64,000 nt of DNA, from contig CAVRJG010000015.1 of the NCBI GenBank assembly GCA_963721455.1, positions 1-64,000 of the forward strand. The letters run 5' to 3'. The translations under genes were made by a program, and so were the position numbers. The notes beneath the pieces were generated by a model that was not told where the DNA came from, ran no database searches, and saw only the letters and a program-made list of their open reading frames with translations. The stretch comes from an uncultured Methanosarcinaceae archaeon. GTDB taxonomy: Archaea > Halobacteriota > Methanosarcinia > Methanosarcinales > Methanosarcinaceae. Numbering within the stretch: position 1 is the first letter of the stretch; each line of letters begins with the position of its first letter. This document shows, in pieces, positions 1 through 10,101 of this stretch.

Positions 1-1640
1 ACATTGTCAAATTAAATCATTATTGCAGATATCGAAACCTATTTCCACTCAAATCTACTCCATCTTGAACCTTTTTACCTTCCCATTTTTGTTTCTTCTA
101 TTTTCTTCTTAATCAATAGTTGCCTTAATTTCACTGTCATAAATTTTTCCTGCTAAAATTGCATACTTACCAGTAACCAGAACAAGAATCCAATTTCTCT
201 AATCCGAAAAATTATGAACTTCTTAACCTGCTAACTCTTGCCTTCCTTCTCAGCTCATTATCTTGATTTAATATTCTTGCAATTTCCCAAGCATCGATTC
301 TTTTCAATGGATTATGGTACTTCAGTATCCATATGATCCCAGGAATTGAAATCTTATACATTTTGTTGAATTTTTTCAGATAAGAGAGTAAAATAAGCAT
401 TGCAAGCATTACCAATGCCATATGATGGTGCCATGCATTCCAATTTCTCACCATATATTCTGCCATTCCACAGTTTCCCTTTGCATCCTGAAATGCTCTC
501 TCAATCCAATACCTTGAACTCTGCATTTTTGCAAGTTCTTCTAATGGAGCATCCTCAGAAGCGTTGCATAATGAGTATTTTATTTCATTTGATTCTGAAT
601 CTTTACTTATGAGAAGCCATAGTGGCTTCTCACAAGGCAAGTTATTCTGACGTCTCCAAACCTTTATGGCCTTAAAATAGACTTTTTTGTACCCTCTTTC
701 CGTTTTTCTAACTTTGATAAGTTTCCATCCTTCAATTAAACTGGAAAGAGAATCAACCCTTGTTGATAATGTATTCAAAACTCTGGGAATAACAGGTTTC
801 CTTCCTCTTGTTCCCTTTTTCTCAGGAATCCCAACTAATGGTTTCTCAATATAGACGAGAGTATCAACAGCTATGTCTGCAACAAAAGTTAAGCCTCTAC
901 TTTCAAGTTCTGTCAATAACTCAGGATTTTCACCGTAGAATCCATCCATTGTGACATAGGAGAAAGGAATACCTTCTTCTATTGCATTATCAATCATTTC
1001 AAGACCAAGTTCATACTTGGTTCGGAACTTTATCTCCTCACGAGGAATTTTAGCCTTTAAACAACGTGCCTTGTCATCAATCCATTTTTGTGGGAGATAT
1101 AATCTCTCATCAATCAACATTCTCTTATTTTTCTTAAAATAAGCAAGGAATACGCCAACCTGACAATTATCCTTTTTTCCAAGGTTGCCGCAATACTGAT
1201 GAGAAACTCCGACAGAACTATTTCCAGATTTTTTTATGCTTGATTCGTCAAGTATAAGAACACCATTTTTACCTATAGTTTGAATGGCTTTTGTTCGAAC
1301 AGATTTGAGGAGATCTGCAGAACGCCAAGGAGAAGTTGAGAGGAAATGGCTTAGTGATTGGTTGTTAGAGCATTTACAACAGTAAATTGCCATTTTTCTC
1401 ATATTTTTCCTATAGGGGAGGAGAAGCAAACCATTAAGGTAATCAATACAGGTTAAAACCATACAACGAGTTTTCGTTTGAAAATAGAATTCAAGATGCT
1501 TCTCTGAAATGTATTTTTCTACAGAGATATTATTTGACTTGATGAAGTCAGCTGTTATTTGTTTCACTAAACCAAATTTATAGGGGAAAAATTATACTTC
1601 ACGGTAGACGTGAAAAGGAAATGTGACAAAGTCAAGTTAG
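1..1640 (-). mobile_element. IS701-family insertion sequence (left end cut by window edge)
   Basis: Contains an IS701-type transposase. The right end GTGACAAAGTCAAGTTAG (1623-1640) is imperfectly complementary to ACATTGTCA at position 1, consistent with a TIR that starts just before the window. Confidence 0.75.
212..1567 (-). CDS. IS701-family DDE transposase
   Basis: Motifs LILDESSIKKSGNSSVGVSHQYCGNLGKKDNCQVGV, VTMDGFYG, RYWIERAFQDAKG and WHHHMALV. Confidence 0.93.
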   Translation of the reverse strand: MKQITADFIKSNNISVEKYISEKHLEFYFQTKTRCMVLTCIDYLNGLLLLPYRKNMRKMAIYCCKCSNNQSLSHFLSTSPWRSADLLKSVRTKAIQTIGKNGVLILDESSIKKSGNSSVGVSHQYCGNLGKKDNCQVGVFLAYFKKNKRMLIDERLYLPQKWIDDKARCLKAKIPREEIKFRTKYELGLEMIDNAIEEGIPFSYVTMDGFYGENPELLTELESRGLTFVADIAVDTLVYIEKPLVGIPEKKGTRGRKPVIPRVLNTLSTRVDSLSSLIEGWKLIKVRKTERGYKKVYFKAIKVWRRQNNLPCEKPLWLLISKDSESNEIKYSLCNASEDAPLEELAKMQSSRYWIERAFQDAKGNCGMAEYMVRNWNAWHHHMALVMLAMLILLSYLKKFNKMYKISIPGIIWILKYHNPLKRIDAWEIARILNQDNELRRKARVSRLRSS

Positions 1641-1687
1641 ATTTAAATTTCATAGAAAAGATTTGGAATTTTTGACAGGCGAGTAAG

Positions 1688-2308
1688 ATGCATACCGAAA
1701 GCAATAATCTTCAGGATTACCTCAAAAAGAGTGAAGTCATAAACTATGATCACAGGTTGATTGTTGATAAGTGTCTTGAATTAAAAGAAGGCACCGACGA
1801 CGAAATCAGCCTGATTAAGAAGGTTTATGAGTTTGTTCGAGATGATATTCATCATTCAGGGGATATAGGGGAAACGAGAGTCACCTGCAAAGCATCAGAG
1901 GTTCTGGAGTCCGGTCATGGAATATGTTGCGCTAAAGCGCATCTGCTTGCAGCCATGCTGAGATTTTTTGGGATACCGGCTGGATTCTGTTATCAGAAAC
2001 TTTGTTCAAGTCAGGACGTTGATAAGAAATTCTTGCACGGCTTAAACGCTGTATATTTAAAAGATTTAAACCGATGGATAAGATTAGATGCAAGAGGTAA
2101 TAAGCCGGGTCTGGATGCTCAGTTTTCCATATACGAAGAAAAGATTGCAAAGCCCGTTAGAAAAGAGCTTGGGGAAGAAGATAATCCCGTAATATTCATA
2201 GAGCCCAATCCGACTGTTGTTGAAATATTAAAGAAAAGTAACAACATGAAAGAATTATGGATGCAGTGGGAACTTGGGCTGAGAGACCTATTTAGCACAA
2301 GGAATTAA
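1688..2308 (+). CDS. Transglutaminase-like domain protein
   Basis: GICCAKAHLLAAMLR (Cys), HGLNAVY (His) and WIRLDARG (Asp) triad. Confidence 0.88.
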   Translation: MHTESNNLQDYLKKSEVINYDHRLIVDKCLELKEGTDDEISLIKKVYEFVRDDIHHSGDIGETRVTCKASEVLESGHGICCAKAHLLAAMLRFFGIPAGFCYQKLCSSQDVDKKFLHGLNAVYLKDLNRWIRLDARGNKPGLDAQFSIYEEKIAKPVRKELGEEDNPVIFIEPNPTVVEILKKSNNMKELWMQWELGLRDLFSTRN

Positions 2309-2334
2309 TTTGGGATCTGTGCAGTCGCGGTTTT

Positions 2335-3015
2335 TTATATCCAGCCGTTGGATTCAAGAAATTCAATAGCTTCTACACTTCCGTCTCCAAATGAGGCTTC
2401 TGTCACGTAATTGGCAGCTTCCTTTATTTTTTCATCTCCGTTCCCGACAGCAATTCCGAAACCTGAAGCCTCAAACATCTCTACGTCGTTTGCTGAGTCT
2501 CCTATTGCTACAAAATCTTCAGCTTCAAGCCCCATCATACTTGCAAGTTTCCGGAGTCCTACACCTTTGTTAATTCTGATGCTCTTGATGTGGATAGCAT
2601 ATTTGGTATCAACCATTTCGACATCAAAGTTTTGAGTTTTTAGAAGGGCTCTGGCTTTTTTAAGGTCAAAATCTCTCCTGAGTGCAATCTCGGTTTTTCG
2701 GTATAAAGGGTCAAGTTTGGTGAACTTGAAATGCTCGGAAAGAAAAGAATAGGCTTTCTCGCATTCTTCCAGGCTTTCCTCAAAAGTGCCTTGCAAATCG
2801 AAGCGGACAGTAATAGCCCCTCCGTTTTCTGCGATTACAGCCCCATCCAGGCCAATAAGCTTTGATGCAGTTCTTGCATAACATAAAGTATTTCCTGTGG
2901 CAAGCACGACCGGGACTTTAAGAGAACGGATCTTTTTGACGGCTCCCAGATGCAGTTCTCTTTTCTCGCAGGTGATTGTGCCGTCGATGTCAACAACAAT
3001 GGCTTTGAATTTCAT
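2335..3015 (-). CDS. HAD-superfamily phosphoglycolate phosphatase (archaeal, Cof/SPP-like)
   Basis: DIDGT, LATGN and AIGDSANDVEMF motifs. Confidence 0.9.
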   Translation of the reverse strand: MKFKAIVVDIDGTITCEKRELHLGAVKKIRSLKVPVVLATGNTLCYARTASKLIGLDGAVIAENGGAITVRFDLQGTFEESLEECEKAYSFLSEHFKFTKLDPLYRKTEIALRRDFDLKKARALLKTQNFDVEMVDTKYAIHIKSIRINKGVGLRKLASMMGLEAEDFVAIGDSANDVEMFEASGFGIAVGNGDEKIKEAANYVTEASFGDGSVEAIEFLESNGWI

Positions 3016-3144
3016 TAAAAAAGATTGGGAATGGATAGATAAAACGTTTCCCTATCCATGAATATATACCCATCCGGATCTGGTTTTCAGAATCGTATGA
3101 GTTACCGGTCTACATTTTAATATACCCTATCGTTAACCGGGTCT

Positions 3145-3435
3145 TTGTCAAAATATTTTTATTATAAACTCCATGTTTTTAAAAAAATAGAAGCACTGAA
3201 AACGAAAGCCGAAAAAAAGCTGTCAAAAGAAGCAAAACTATTTGAAGAAGACCTGAAAACAATCGAAGAAACAATAAGTACAACAAAACCGGGATTAGAA
3301 AGAGCAACAATCAAAATGATAAAAATAAAGACTGAAACAACACCACAGGAAGTCGCAGACTTAAAAATTGAATGCTATGAAACCGTCGAACAGTTAAATA
3401 AAACAATCAACTACACGATGGGGAAATGGATCTGA
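3145..3435 (+). CDS. Hypothetical helical, charged protein (start uncertain)
   Basis: 96-aa ORF, K/E-rich, TTG start in an AT-rich accessory region; no recognisable domain. Confidence 0.35.
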   Translation: MSKYFYYKLHVFKKIEALKTKAEKKLSKEAKLFEEDLKTIEETISTTKPGLERATIKMIKIKTETTPQEVADLKIECYETVEQLNKTINYTMGKWI

Positions 3436-3622
3436 AACGGACATAACCGACTCAGTTCCAAAACCTGGTGATGAATGTTGCAGAAAAATGCTTCAACCGT
3501 AAGTCCTATAATAAAAATTCCCTTTGCAAGGGAAAGCCTAAAGTTGCAATTATCTCTGCAAATCGCCAAAATTGGCTTTTAGATAAGCTAAAAAATGAAG
3601 GACTGATTTAAACATCCTCTTT

Positions 3623-3763
3623 TTATTTTCCTTTTCTTTTCTTTTCTTTTTCTTTTATTTTGTCGTCAGATTCCTTAACTTCCTCAACTGGTTGTTTTAT
3701 TTTGTCGTTCGTTTCCTTATCTTTCTTATCTCGTTTTGCTGCCTTTTGTTTCTTGGTCGCCAA
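3623..3763 (-). CDS. 46-aa Lys-rich microprotein (MATKKQKAAKRDKKDKETNDKIKQPVEEVKESDDKIKEKEKKRKGK)
   Basis: Read by hand. TTG start preceded by AGAGGT at the same position as in the paralogous ORF 4075-4344. Confidence 0.5.
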   Translation of the reverse strand: MATKKQKAAKRDKKDKETNDKIKQPVEEVKESDDKIKEKEKKRKGK

Positions 3764-4074
3764 ATTATGAACCTCTGGAAGTCATTTTTACAAATTAGTA
3801 ATTATAAAAACAGTCTATTATTATAAAAAGGTTCATCTCTCTTTAATCAATTCTTAAAAGTTTTTTTAGTTTTTTGAGTTAGTCAGGAGGCCTTAGACAG
3901 TTTAAGACGTTTTTTAGAACTAGATAAGGGAATCCACAAAGGAGTACCTAAGAAAGTTGAATGTAAAGGCTTAGAAAAGGCTAGATCAAGGGATAAAGGG
4001 AGAAGGGAAGAGAGATTATCACTGCAACTCACTAAAATTGGTTTTTAGATAAGCTGAAAAATGAGAGCCTGATT

Positions 4075-4344
4075 TTAGTCTCCCCCTTTAATTTTTTCTT
4101 TTCTTTTCTTTTCTTTTCTTTTCTCTATTTCTTCATTTTTTTTCTTTTCTGTTAATTCCCGACTCTCTACTAATTTTTTCTTCCTCTCTTTGAGTTCTTG
4201 TATTTCCTTGTCAAACGCGTTTGCCAAGTAATCTTTTTCAATCTTAGTAGTTGCTTTCTTTAGTGATTCCTCTTTCTTTTTTTCAGCAAATTCTATCGCC
4301 TTGTCAAAATTTTTTTCGGGTTCTTTCATTTCCCTGGTCACCAA
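4075..4344 (-). CDS. 89-aa Lys/Glu-rich small protein
   Basis: ORF track; AGAGGT RBS-like motif upstream of the TTG start; paralogous context to 3623-3763. Confidence 0.6.
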   Translation of the reverse strand: MVTREMKEPEKNFDKAIEFAEKKKEESLKKATTKIEKDYLANAFDKEIQELKERKKKLVESRELTEKKKNEEIEKRKEKKRKEKIKGGD

Positions 4345-4519
4345 TTTCTGAACCTCTGTAAAGTCATTTTAACAGACACCTAATAATTTAACAGTTCAAT
4401 CTTATAAAAAGTTTCATCTTTTCTTTAATCAATTCTCATACTTTTTTTAGTTTTCTGAGTTAGTCAGGAAGTCTTAGACTGTTTTTTCTTATGTGAATAA
4501 GAGGATCAAAAGGAGTATC

Positions 4520-4561
4520 TAAGAAAGTTGAATTAAGAAAGTTGAATTAAGAAAGTTGAAT
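4520..4561. repeat. 14-bp tandem repeat TAAGAAAGTTGAAT x3
   Basis: Direct reading. Confidence 0.85.
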
Positions 4562-4639
4562 GGAAAGGCTGAGATAAAGCAGGGTTATGGAATAGCAGAA
4601 GGTAAAAAGATTATCTGAACTAATCAAGGCTTTTTTAAC

Positions 4640-5185
4640 TCTAAGGCGGGAAGTCCCCTTCCTCGACAGTTCCGGCAAACCGGAGACCTTCTGAGTTTCG
4701 AAGTAGAAAGTACCTTCGGACTCTTGTATATAACCAGAGTGGTTTCAAGATCAAGGATGGAAGGATCAGTTTTTTTCATAAAGCCAGTAAAACTCCTCTG
4801 GTTTTTGAGAGGGGGAAAATTTGATTCCCTGAATGTAAGGAACAGGTAGAGGTCTACAAAATCGATGAAAGTTATACCTCAAAAGAGTGTTATGTCTGCA
4901 AAAAACGGCATGATGTGCCTCTTTGGGAAAGGGCTTATGAAATGTGATTGTGGAAACGTGATTGATAGAGATAGAAATAGTGCAATCAATATAATGAAAC
5001 GCTTCTTATCACAAAATGCTTTGTGGCCAGGCTATCAACAACTTGCTGAGGATCTTCTACAAACAGGTTTACCGATGGGTATTCAGTTCTTAGAACCGAA
5101 AACTCAAGTGACGTAAAAACTCGAAGGAAGCTCCTCCCTCAAAACCTGAGCCGTCAGGCGAAGAGTTTAGGGAGAGGGAGTTCAC
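4640..5185 (+). mobile_element. Internally deleted IS200/IS605 element with tnpB fragments and intact right end
   Basis: Fragments FRSRKYLRTLVYNQSGFKI, IDESYTSKECYVC and KCDCGNVIDRDRNSAINI (TnpB Zn-ribbon/RuvC-III) in shifted frames. The right-end hairpin GAAGCTCCTCCCTC...GGGAGAGGGAGTTCAC ends at 5185. Confidence 0.8.
4694..5116 (+). pseudogene. tnpB: tnpB remnant (deleted and frameshifted)
   Basis: Only short N-central and C-terminal pieces remain; frameshift between the two halves of the CxxC...CxC Zn ribbon. Confidence 0.8.
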
Positions 5186-5282
5186 GCCGTGCTTTAGTTT
5201 CAATGCCAACTGCATTATAAAATTTTCCCCGGAAAACTCCATCCTCCGGGTCTCAGCCTGTTTTTTCCTTCCGGCGTACCTG

Positions 5283-5996
5283 TCAGCGGGCATCTCCGAT
5301 TATGACACCCATTTCAGATTTCAGGCGGTGCCCTATTGCTGCAACTATACCCGGTCCATCTGTTTTTTCCCGGCATACAATTGCATGTTCCAGAAGCCCA
5401 AGGCGTTCGATTTCGTAAATATCTCTGCCGTGACCTGTTTTTTTAATCGAGCTTTTGATTTCCGAACGTGTCGCTCCATTAACTGTGACCCTGTCAGTAG
5501 CTGCCTTTTTCCAGCCCCACCAGAGATCAAGCTGTTTTTTGGTGAAGCGGGCTTTTATCTTCCTGTTTGCCTCAAAAACTTCAATTTCAACCGGCAAATG
5601 GGGTATCAGGCCGAATCTGGATGCAAGCTGTTTTGGCTTTCCGCTGCCAAGAGCTTTTAATTCCTCGGTTTCAACCCTTACAGGGAAACCGATATTGACC
5701 ACAAAAGCATCCTCTCCGAAAGACTGGAGAAAACCAATGTATACCTTTCCGGCTTCAGCTTTTACTGCAGGCGTTCCATATCTGGAAGTCAGGAGATTCG
5801 CAGATACTTCCTCATCCTCGCCTTCAAGGGAAAACTCGGCCCAGTTTTCAGGGGTAATAGATATCTCAACCTTTACTTCAAGATCTTTCAATTCGTTCTC
5901 AACCAGGGTTTTCAAAAGGCTACTCATCCTTTCCCGGTTTTTTCCGTAAATATGCTGGAGGGTTAAAACTTTTATCATATTTTTCCTGCCGATCAT
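5283..5996 (-). CDS. DUF2110-like conserved archaeal protein
   Basis: C-terminal GHGRDIYEIERLGLLEHAIVCREKTDGPGIVAAIG pattern. Confidence 0.75.
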   Translation of the reverse strand: MIGRKNMIKVLTLQHIYGKNRERMSSLLKTLVENELKDLEVKVEISITPENWAEFSLEGEDEEVSANLLTSRYGTPAVKAEAGKVYIGFLQSFGEDAFVVNIGFPVRVETEELKALGSGKPKQLASRFGLIPHLPVEIEVFEANRKIKARFTKKQLDLWWGWKKAATDRVTVNGATRSEIKSSIKKTGHGRDIYEIERLGLLEHAIVCREKTDGPGIVAAIGHRLKSEMGVIIGDAR

Positions 5997-6038
5997 TCTC
6001 TTCTGCCCGTTTTTGCCTGGGATTGGAACTTCCGGTTT

Positions 6039-6671
6039 TCAATCCTTCAGGTAAGATTCAAGAAGCCTTTCACTTTCTTCCAGGGCTGAGATAACAGTTT
6101 CATTAACAGGGCTTTCCGCCCTTCCTATCTGGTTCTGGAGCTTTTTAATGTCCCTGCTGTAAGGGCCAAGTTTCCGGGAAATCATATCTTTGCCGTCTCC
6201 CTGCTCCACTGCATCCCTGTGGATGCTTTCTATCTTATTTCTAAGTTTCTTTGTTTTTTCAAGGATTTCGGCACTTAAAGGGTCCAGCTCTTCTGCCTGT
6301 TCAGGCTCTTTCTCTTCTTCCTCGCCTGCCGCTTCTTCTCCTTCACCTTCCGTACCTGCGTATTTCATTCCGGACATCTCTTTCCAGTTTTCCGGAGGCT
6401 CCTCTGCGATTATATCCCTGAACTCTTTAAGGGCAGTTTCTACCTCTCTTCCGTATTCCGTAAGTTCTACAAATTTTATCCGCCCCTCGAATGTGAATCT
6501 TATAAGTCCGGACTGTTCCATTTTCGCAAGGATCCTTGTGGTATGGGCAAAGGTAGAATCTATCTCTTTTGAAATAACAGACGCATAGGTCTTCCCCCTC
6601 GAACCTATAAATATTAGTGCAAGAGTAGGTTTTTCCTGCAAAAATAACTTTTCTGCATTTTCGTCGGACAT
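6039..6671 (-). CDS. Winged-helix (MarR-like) transcriptional regulator with acidic linker and helical C-terminus
   Basis: YASVISKEIDSTFAHTTRILAKMEQSGLI...GRIKFVELTEYG wHTH pattern. Confidence 0.8.
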   Translation of the reverse strand: MSDENAEKLFLQEKPTLALIFIGSRGKTYASVISKEIDSTFAHTTRILAKMEQSGLIRFTFEGRIKFVELTEYGREVETALKEFRDIIAEEPPENWKEMSGMKYAGTEGEGEEAAGEEEEKEPEQAEELDPLSAEILEKTKKLRNKIESIHRDAVEQGDGKDMISRKLGPYSRDIKKLQNQIGRAESPVNETVISALEESERLLESYLKD

Positions 6672-6723
6672 GATATCACATTGGGATTTTTTAACGGATT
6701 ATTTCTGGATTTAAGTCAAGGCC

Positions 6724-6800
6724 TTTTTATTATTCTTTAATGGTTTGATATTTTTATTATTCTTTAATGGTTTATATTTTTATTATTCATTAATGGTTTA
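6724..6800. repeat. ~25-27-bp tandem repeat TTTTTATTATTCTTTAATGGTTT x3
   Basis: Direct reading; lies upstream of the wHTH gene. Confidence 0.8.
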
Positions 6801-6843
6801 TATAATAGTGGAACAGTTTCCAACCAGTTTTACCGAAAGGCTT

Positions 6844-8010
6844 TCACCTTGAAAGTGCCACGATTATTTCCTTTATTTCTGTTACAGGCGCATCAGTTCT
6901 GAATGAAGTGCCGCTGAGGTGAGTCCTCGATGCTTCAAATCCATGAGCTTTAAGAGCTTCTATCAGGGTTTCTATCCCGGTTGCAGAAGTTCCAAGTTCT
7001 TTACAGATCACATGCTGGTCATAGAACATCGGGATATCGAGTTCGTCCCTGCAGAAGGTGATTATCTTTTTTGCTTTGTCCTTTGTGTTTAGAGGGTGTA
7101 CTTCGAGTTCTGAGATAACTTCATTACAGAATTCCGATTCTCTGAATGGCCCAAGCCACAGCGGGCCTGCAATTCGTGTGAAAGACCCGCAGACAGGGCA
7201 TTCCCTTTCGATATGTACTGCAAGCCCGTATACTGGCCCCCGAAACCCGCACTTCGGACAGTGAATACTGAACCCCATTGACTTCAGAGTTATATCAGCC
7301 TGCTTCGTTCCAGGGAGAACTTCGAGGTAAGCGCGGACATAGTGGCGTGTTACATGGGAAAGTAGGGGTGCCATTCCTTTTTCATGTTTTGCAAGCTCTC
7401 TGGCACAGGCTCCCAGAAGGACTCGAAGGCCCATCTCGCTGTGATATTCCGTGTTAAGAGGCACGGCCGCATATTTCCTGATCCCTGAGTTCAGGTGGGC
7501 TCCGCATAAGGGGGCCGTATCCGTTGCCGTAACCGATAGCATACTATGGGCCGAGGCAGACGCTGCGCCCAGGAAGGGTGAAGGGGTGCCGAAGGGGTCG
7601 ATGTCCACGATGTGGAATTTTTGTTCGTGGAGCAGCACATTTGCGTTCTTGCGGGTAGCCAGTGTTTTTCCCTCAAGCCCGTTAATTTTGATATTTTCCT
7701 TTATCATTTCGAATGCGTCCGGGCTCCAATCATTCATCGTCGCATGGATTCCTACTTCGCCTGCTATCCGAAGCCCCCTGATCCCTGACGCTGAAAAGGC
7801 GTCCACATAGCGAATTTCTTCCCTGAGGATTTCTTTTCTCGAAAGAAGCCTTTCCACAAATGCAGCCGTAGTTGCGACATTAATATCGCGATTAAGCTCC
7901 ATCTCCGGGTTATAAAAAACCGGAGCTGCCGAGGGAGGGAAGGTTGCATCCGGAGGTGGTACCGGAACCGAAACCTTTGTTGTGCCTTCGACTACAGTTT
8001 TATATGTCAT
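6844..8010 (-). CDS. trm1: tRNA (guanine(26)-N2)-dimethyltransferase
   Basis: VFYNPEMELNRD, DAFSASGIRGLR, DIDPFGTP, TATDTAPLCG and CxxC...CxxC motifs. Confidence 0.95.
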   Translation of the reverse strand: MTYKTVVEGTTKVSVPVPPPDATFPPSAAPVFYNPEMELNRDINVATTAAFVERLLSRKEILREEIRYVDAFSASGIRGLRIAGEVGIHATMNDWSPDAFEMIKENIKINGLEGKTLATRKNANVLLHEQKFHIVDIDPFGTPSPFLGAASASAHSMLSVTATDTAPLCGAHLNSGIRKYAAVPLNTEYHSEMGLRVLLGACARELAKHEKGMAPLLSHVTRHYVRAYLEVLPGTKQADITLKSMGFSIHCPKCGFRGPVYGLAVHIERECPVCGSFTRIAGPLWLGPFRESEFCNEVISELEVHPLNTKDKAKKIITFCRDELDIPMFYDQHVICKELGTSATGIETLIEALKAHGFEASRTHLSGTSFRTDAPVTEIKEIIVALSR

Positions 8011-8034
8011 TTGAAATTGCTATTCTTTGGGATC

Positions 8035-8612
8035 TTATTTTACAGTGATGGTCATTTCCATTTTCTGATATCCTTTTACACTGAAATTGTAGCTTCCGGG
8101 CTCCTTGAATGTATACTCCAGGATATTTCCATATGCAAGCTTTTCGTCTTCGAAAAGGTGTTCCCTGCTGGTCAGGGTAAGAACACTGGACTCCTGGTAA
8201 TTTCTCCATACGACCTTAGCTCCGGTATTTATTCCAGCCTTGAAGGAATTAACATATAGTTTTTAAGCCTTACAAGGTGTGATGCAGGCGCGGTTCCGGT
8301 AGGCTGTACGGCCCCGACCCGTCCCTCTTCTTCGGTCCAGGCTCCCGTTTGCCCCATTTCAGGCTCTTCCCGCATTCCCGAAGTTACAATTTCTTCCGGC
8401 GTCCCCAATTCTGCCTGTGTTTCCGTTTCTTCCGGTGTCCTCATTTCTCCCTGTATTCTCGTTTCTTCCGGTGTTCTCACTTCTTGCTTTTGTGTTCCTC
8501 CTTAACTGCCGCCTGACCCCTGCTCTTGATCCTTCCCGTCTTCCGAATTCAGGCAGCCTGGCGTGATTATTGATAAGACTATAAGGAGTAAAATTATTTT
8601 TTTTGTTACCAC
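8035..8612 (-). pseudogene. Cupredoxin-like surface lipoprotein, disrupted
   Basis: GTG start with lipobox-like ITPGC. In-frame TAA at 8502-8504 and a 1-nt frameshift near 8231. The restored C-terminus reads LEINTGAKVVWRNY...YTFKEPGSYNFSV...MTITVK. Confidence 0.75.
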
Positions 8613-9126
8613 TTCTCTCCCCTTATAATTAATCTCCCTTCTATACTCCCAGTTTAATATAAGCCCTTTATAAATAATAATTCTTTCTTATAAAAGTCCC
8701 TTAAGCCCGAGTTAATTTTGAAGCATGGGCGCAGATTTTTAGTGATGAGTACTGATCTGGATGATATGATACGAAATTCAATTTAGTGTTATTTCGTATA
8801 CTGTTACAGAGTAAAAATTACAATGTTACAGATCTCAGCTTACAATATAAATCCGCAGTGCCTCTTTGCGGAAGATCTTTTGAGGATTTGCCAGCTTTTA
8901 AGCTTGTAAGGGCACAGGGGTCTACTGCCTGAGCGTCCTGAGAACCCCATAGGGAACCTGTCTCTTAACAAGAATGTCCGGATTTACTACACAACAGGTA
9001 ATTCGGATTACACAGGGGTGAAAATAAAATGCGTGCTCGGGGAACTATTATTAAAAAATGTGAAAAATAGTAGACTTGCCAGGAAAGCTTTTCTGCCCTC
9101 CCTGTAAAGTCTATTTGCTGTGTTTT

Positions 9127-9667
9127 TCAGGGTTCAGTCACACTAACACTGACATTCATCTTGGGCTGGCCGAGAACAGTGAATTTATAATCTCCGGTCT
9201 GATTGAATGTATAGGCAAAAGCACGCCTGTACACAAGGTTTGTGTTCTCAAAGAGATTTTCTTCACTTACAAGGGTAAAGACCCTTTTCGGGTTGTCATG
9301 CATGTTTATCCAGGCAACGGCTTCTCCCTCTTTTATCTCAAGGCTTGGGGGACTTGCCCTATAATTCTCAAGTCTTACAGTATAGGAAGTTTTCCCCATA
9401 CCGGGAGTTGAGACCTCGGGCGCCCCCTCGGATTCGTTTTCTTCCGAAGTTGCGTTTTCTACGGGCGTTTCCGTTTCTACAACAGTTACATTTTCTCCGG
9501 GTGTTTCCGTTTCTACAACAGTTACATTTTCTCCAGGAGTTACAGCTTTCTTCAGGGGTTACGTTTTCTTCCGGTGAGGGCTGTTCATTCCCTGCGCATC
9601 CTGAGAGTAAAACGGTGCCTAATACGAGAAGCAGAACAATGATCTTCATTTTCATTTTATTCCCCAC
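9127..9667 (-). pseudogene. Cupredoxin-like lipoprotein, frameshifted
   Basis: Signal/lipobox LLSGC. A frameshift near 9548 separates the N-terminus from the linker (33-bp repeat TPGENVTVVETE) and the cupredoxin-like domain (LEIKEGEAVAWIN...YTFNQTGDYKF). Confidence 0.75.
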
Positions 9668-10101
9668 ATCTTTTTGAAGTAGTGAATCTTCGGAAATTTA
9701 TGCATCAATCCGGAGTTTCATTCAGTTTCAATTGTTCCATTTTTTTTAATTATTGTCAAAGTAATATCAAAATCTCTGAGCCATCCAATAATTTATGCAT
9801 AGTAGACTAATATTTCAGAGATCTTTTCAGTATACATTCAAGATACAAATATTTTAATCCAGCGTTTAAATTAATTCGTTTCTATGGCTGAACTTATAAC
9901 TATTATTTAAAGATTTTAATCACATATAACTATATTTCCAACTTATAAATATATTTTATACCTGCATAAGGATTTTTAAAATCATATCTATATTTTTGTC
10001 CTGGATGAAAAATAGGTAATAAAATTGAAGTTATATAGTTATAACTGTAATCTTTAAAAAGTAAACTTTTCCTTGAAAAATTATTTTTTTATATATTTGT
10101 T

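Larger units (their letters stand above)
3549..4615. repeat. Diverged tandem duplication (two units, ~3549-4013 and ~4014-4615), each carrying a small Lys-rich ORF
   Basis: Shared blocks AAATTGG(C/T)TTTTAGATAAGCT, GAACCTCTG..AAGTCATTTT, CTTTAATCAATTCT, TGAGTTAGTCAGGA and TAAGAAAGTTGAATG in the same order. Confidence 0.8.
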
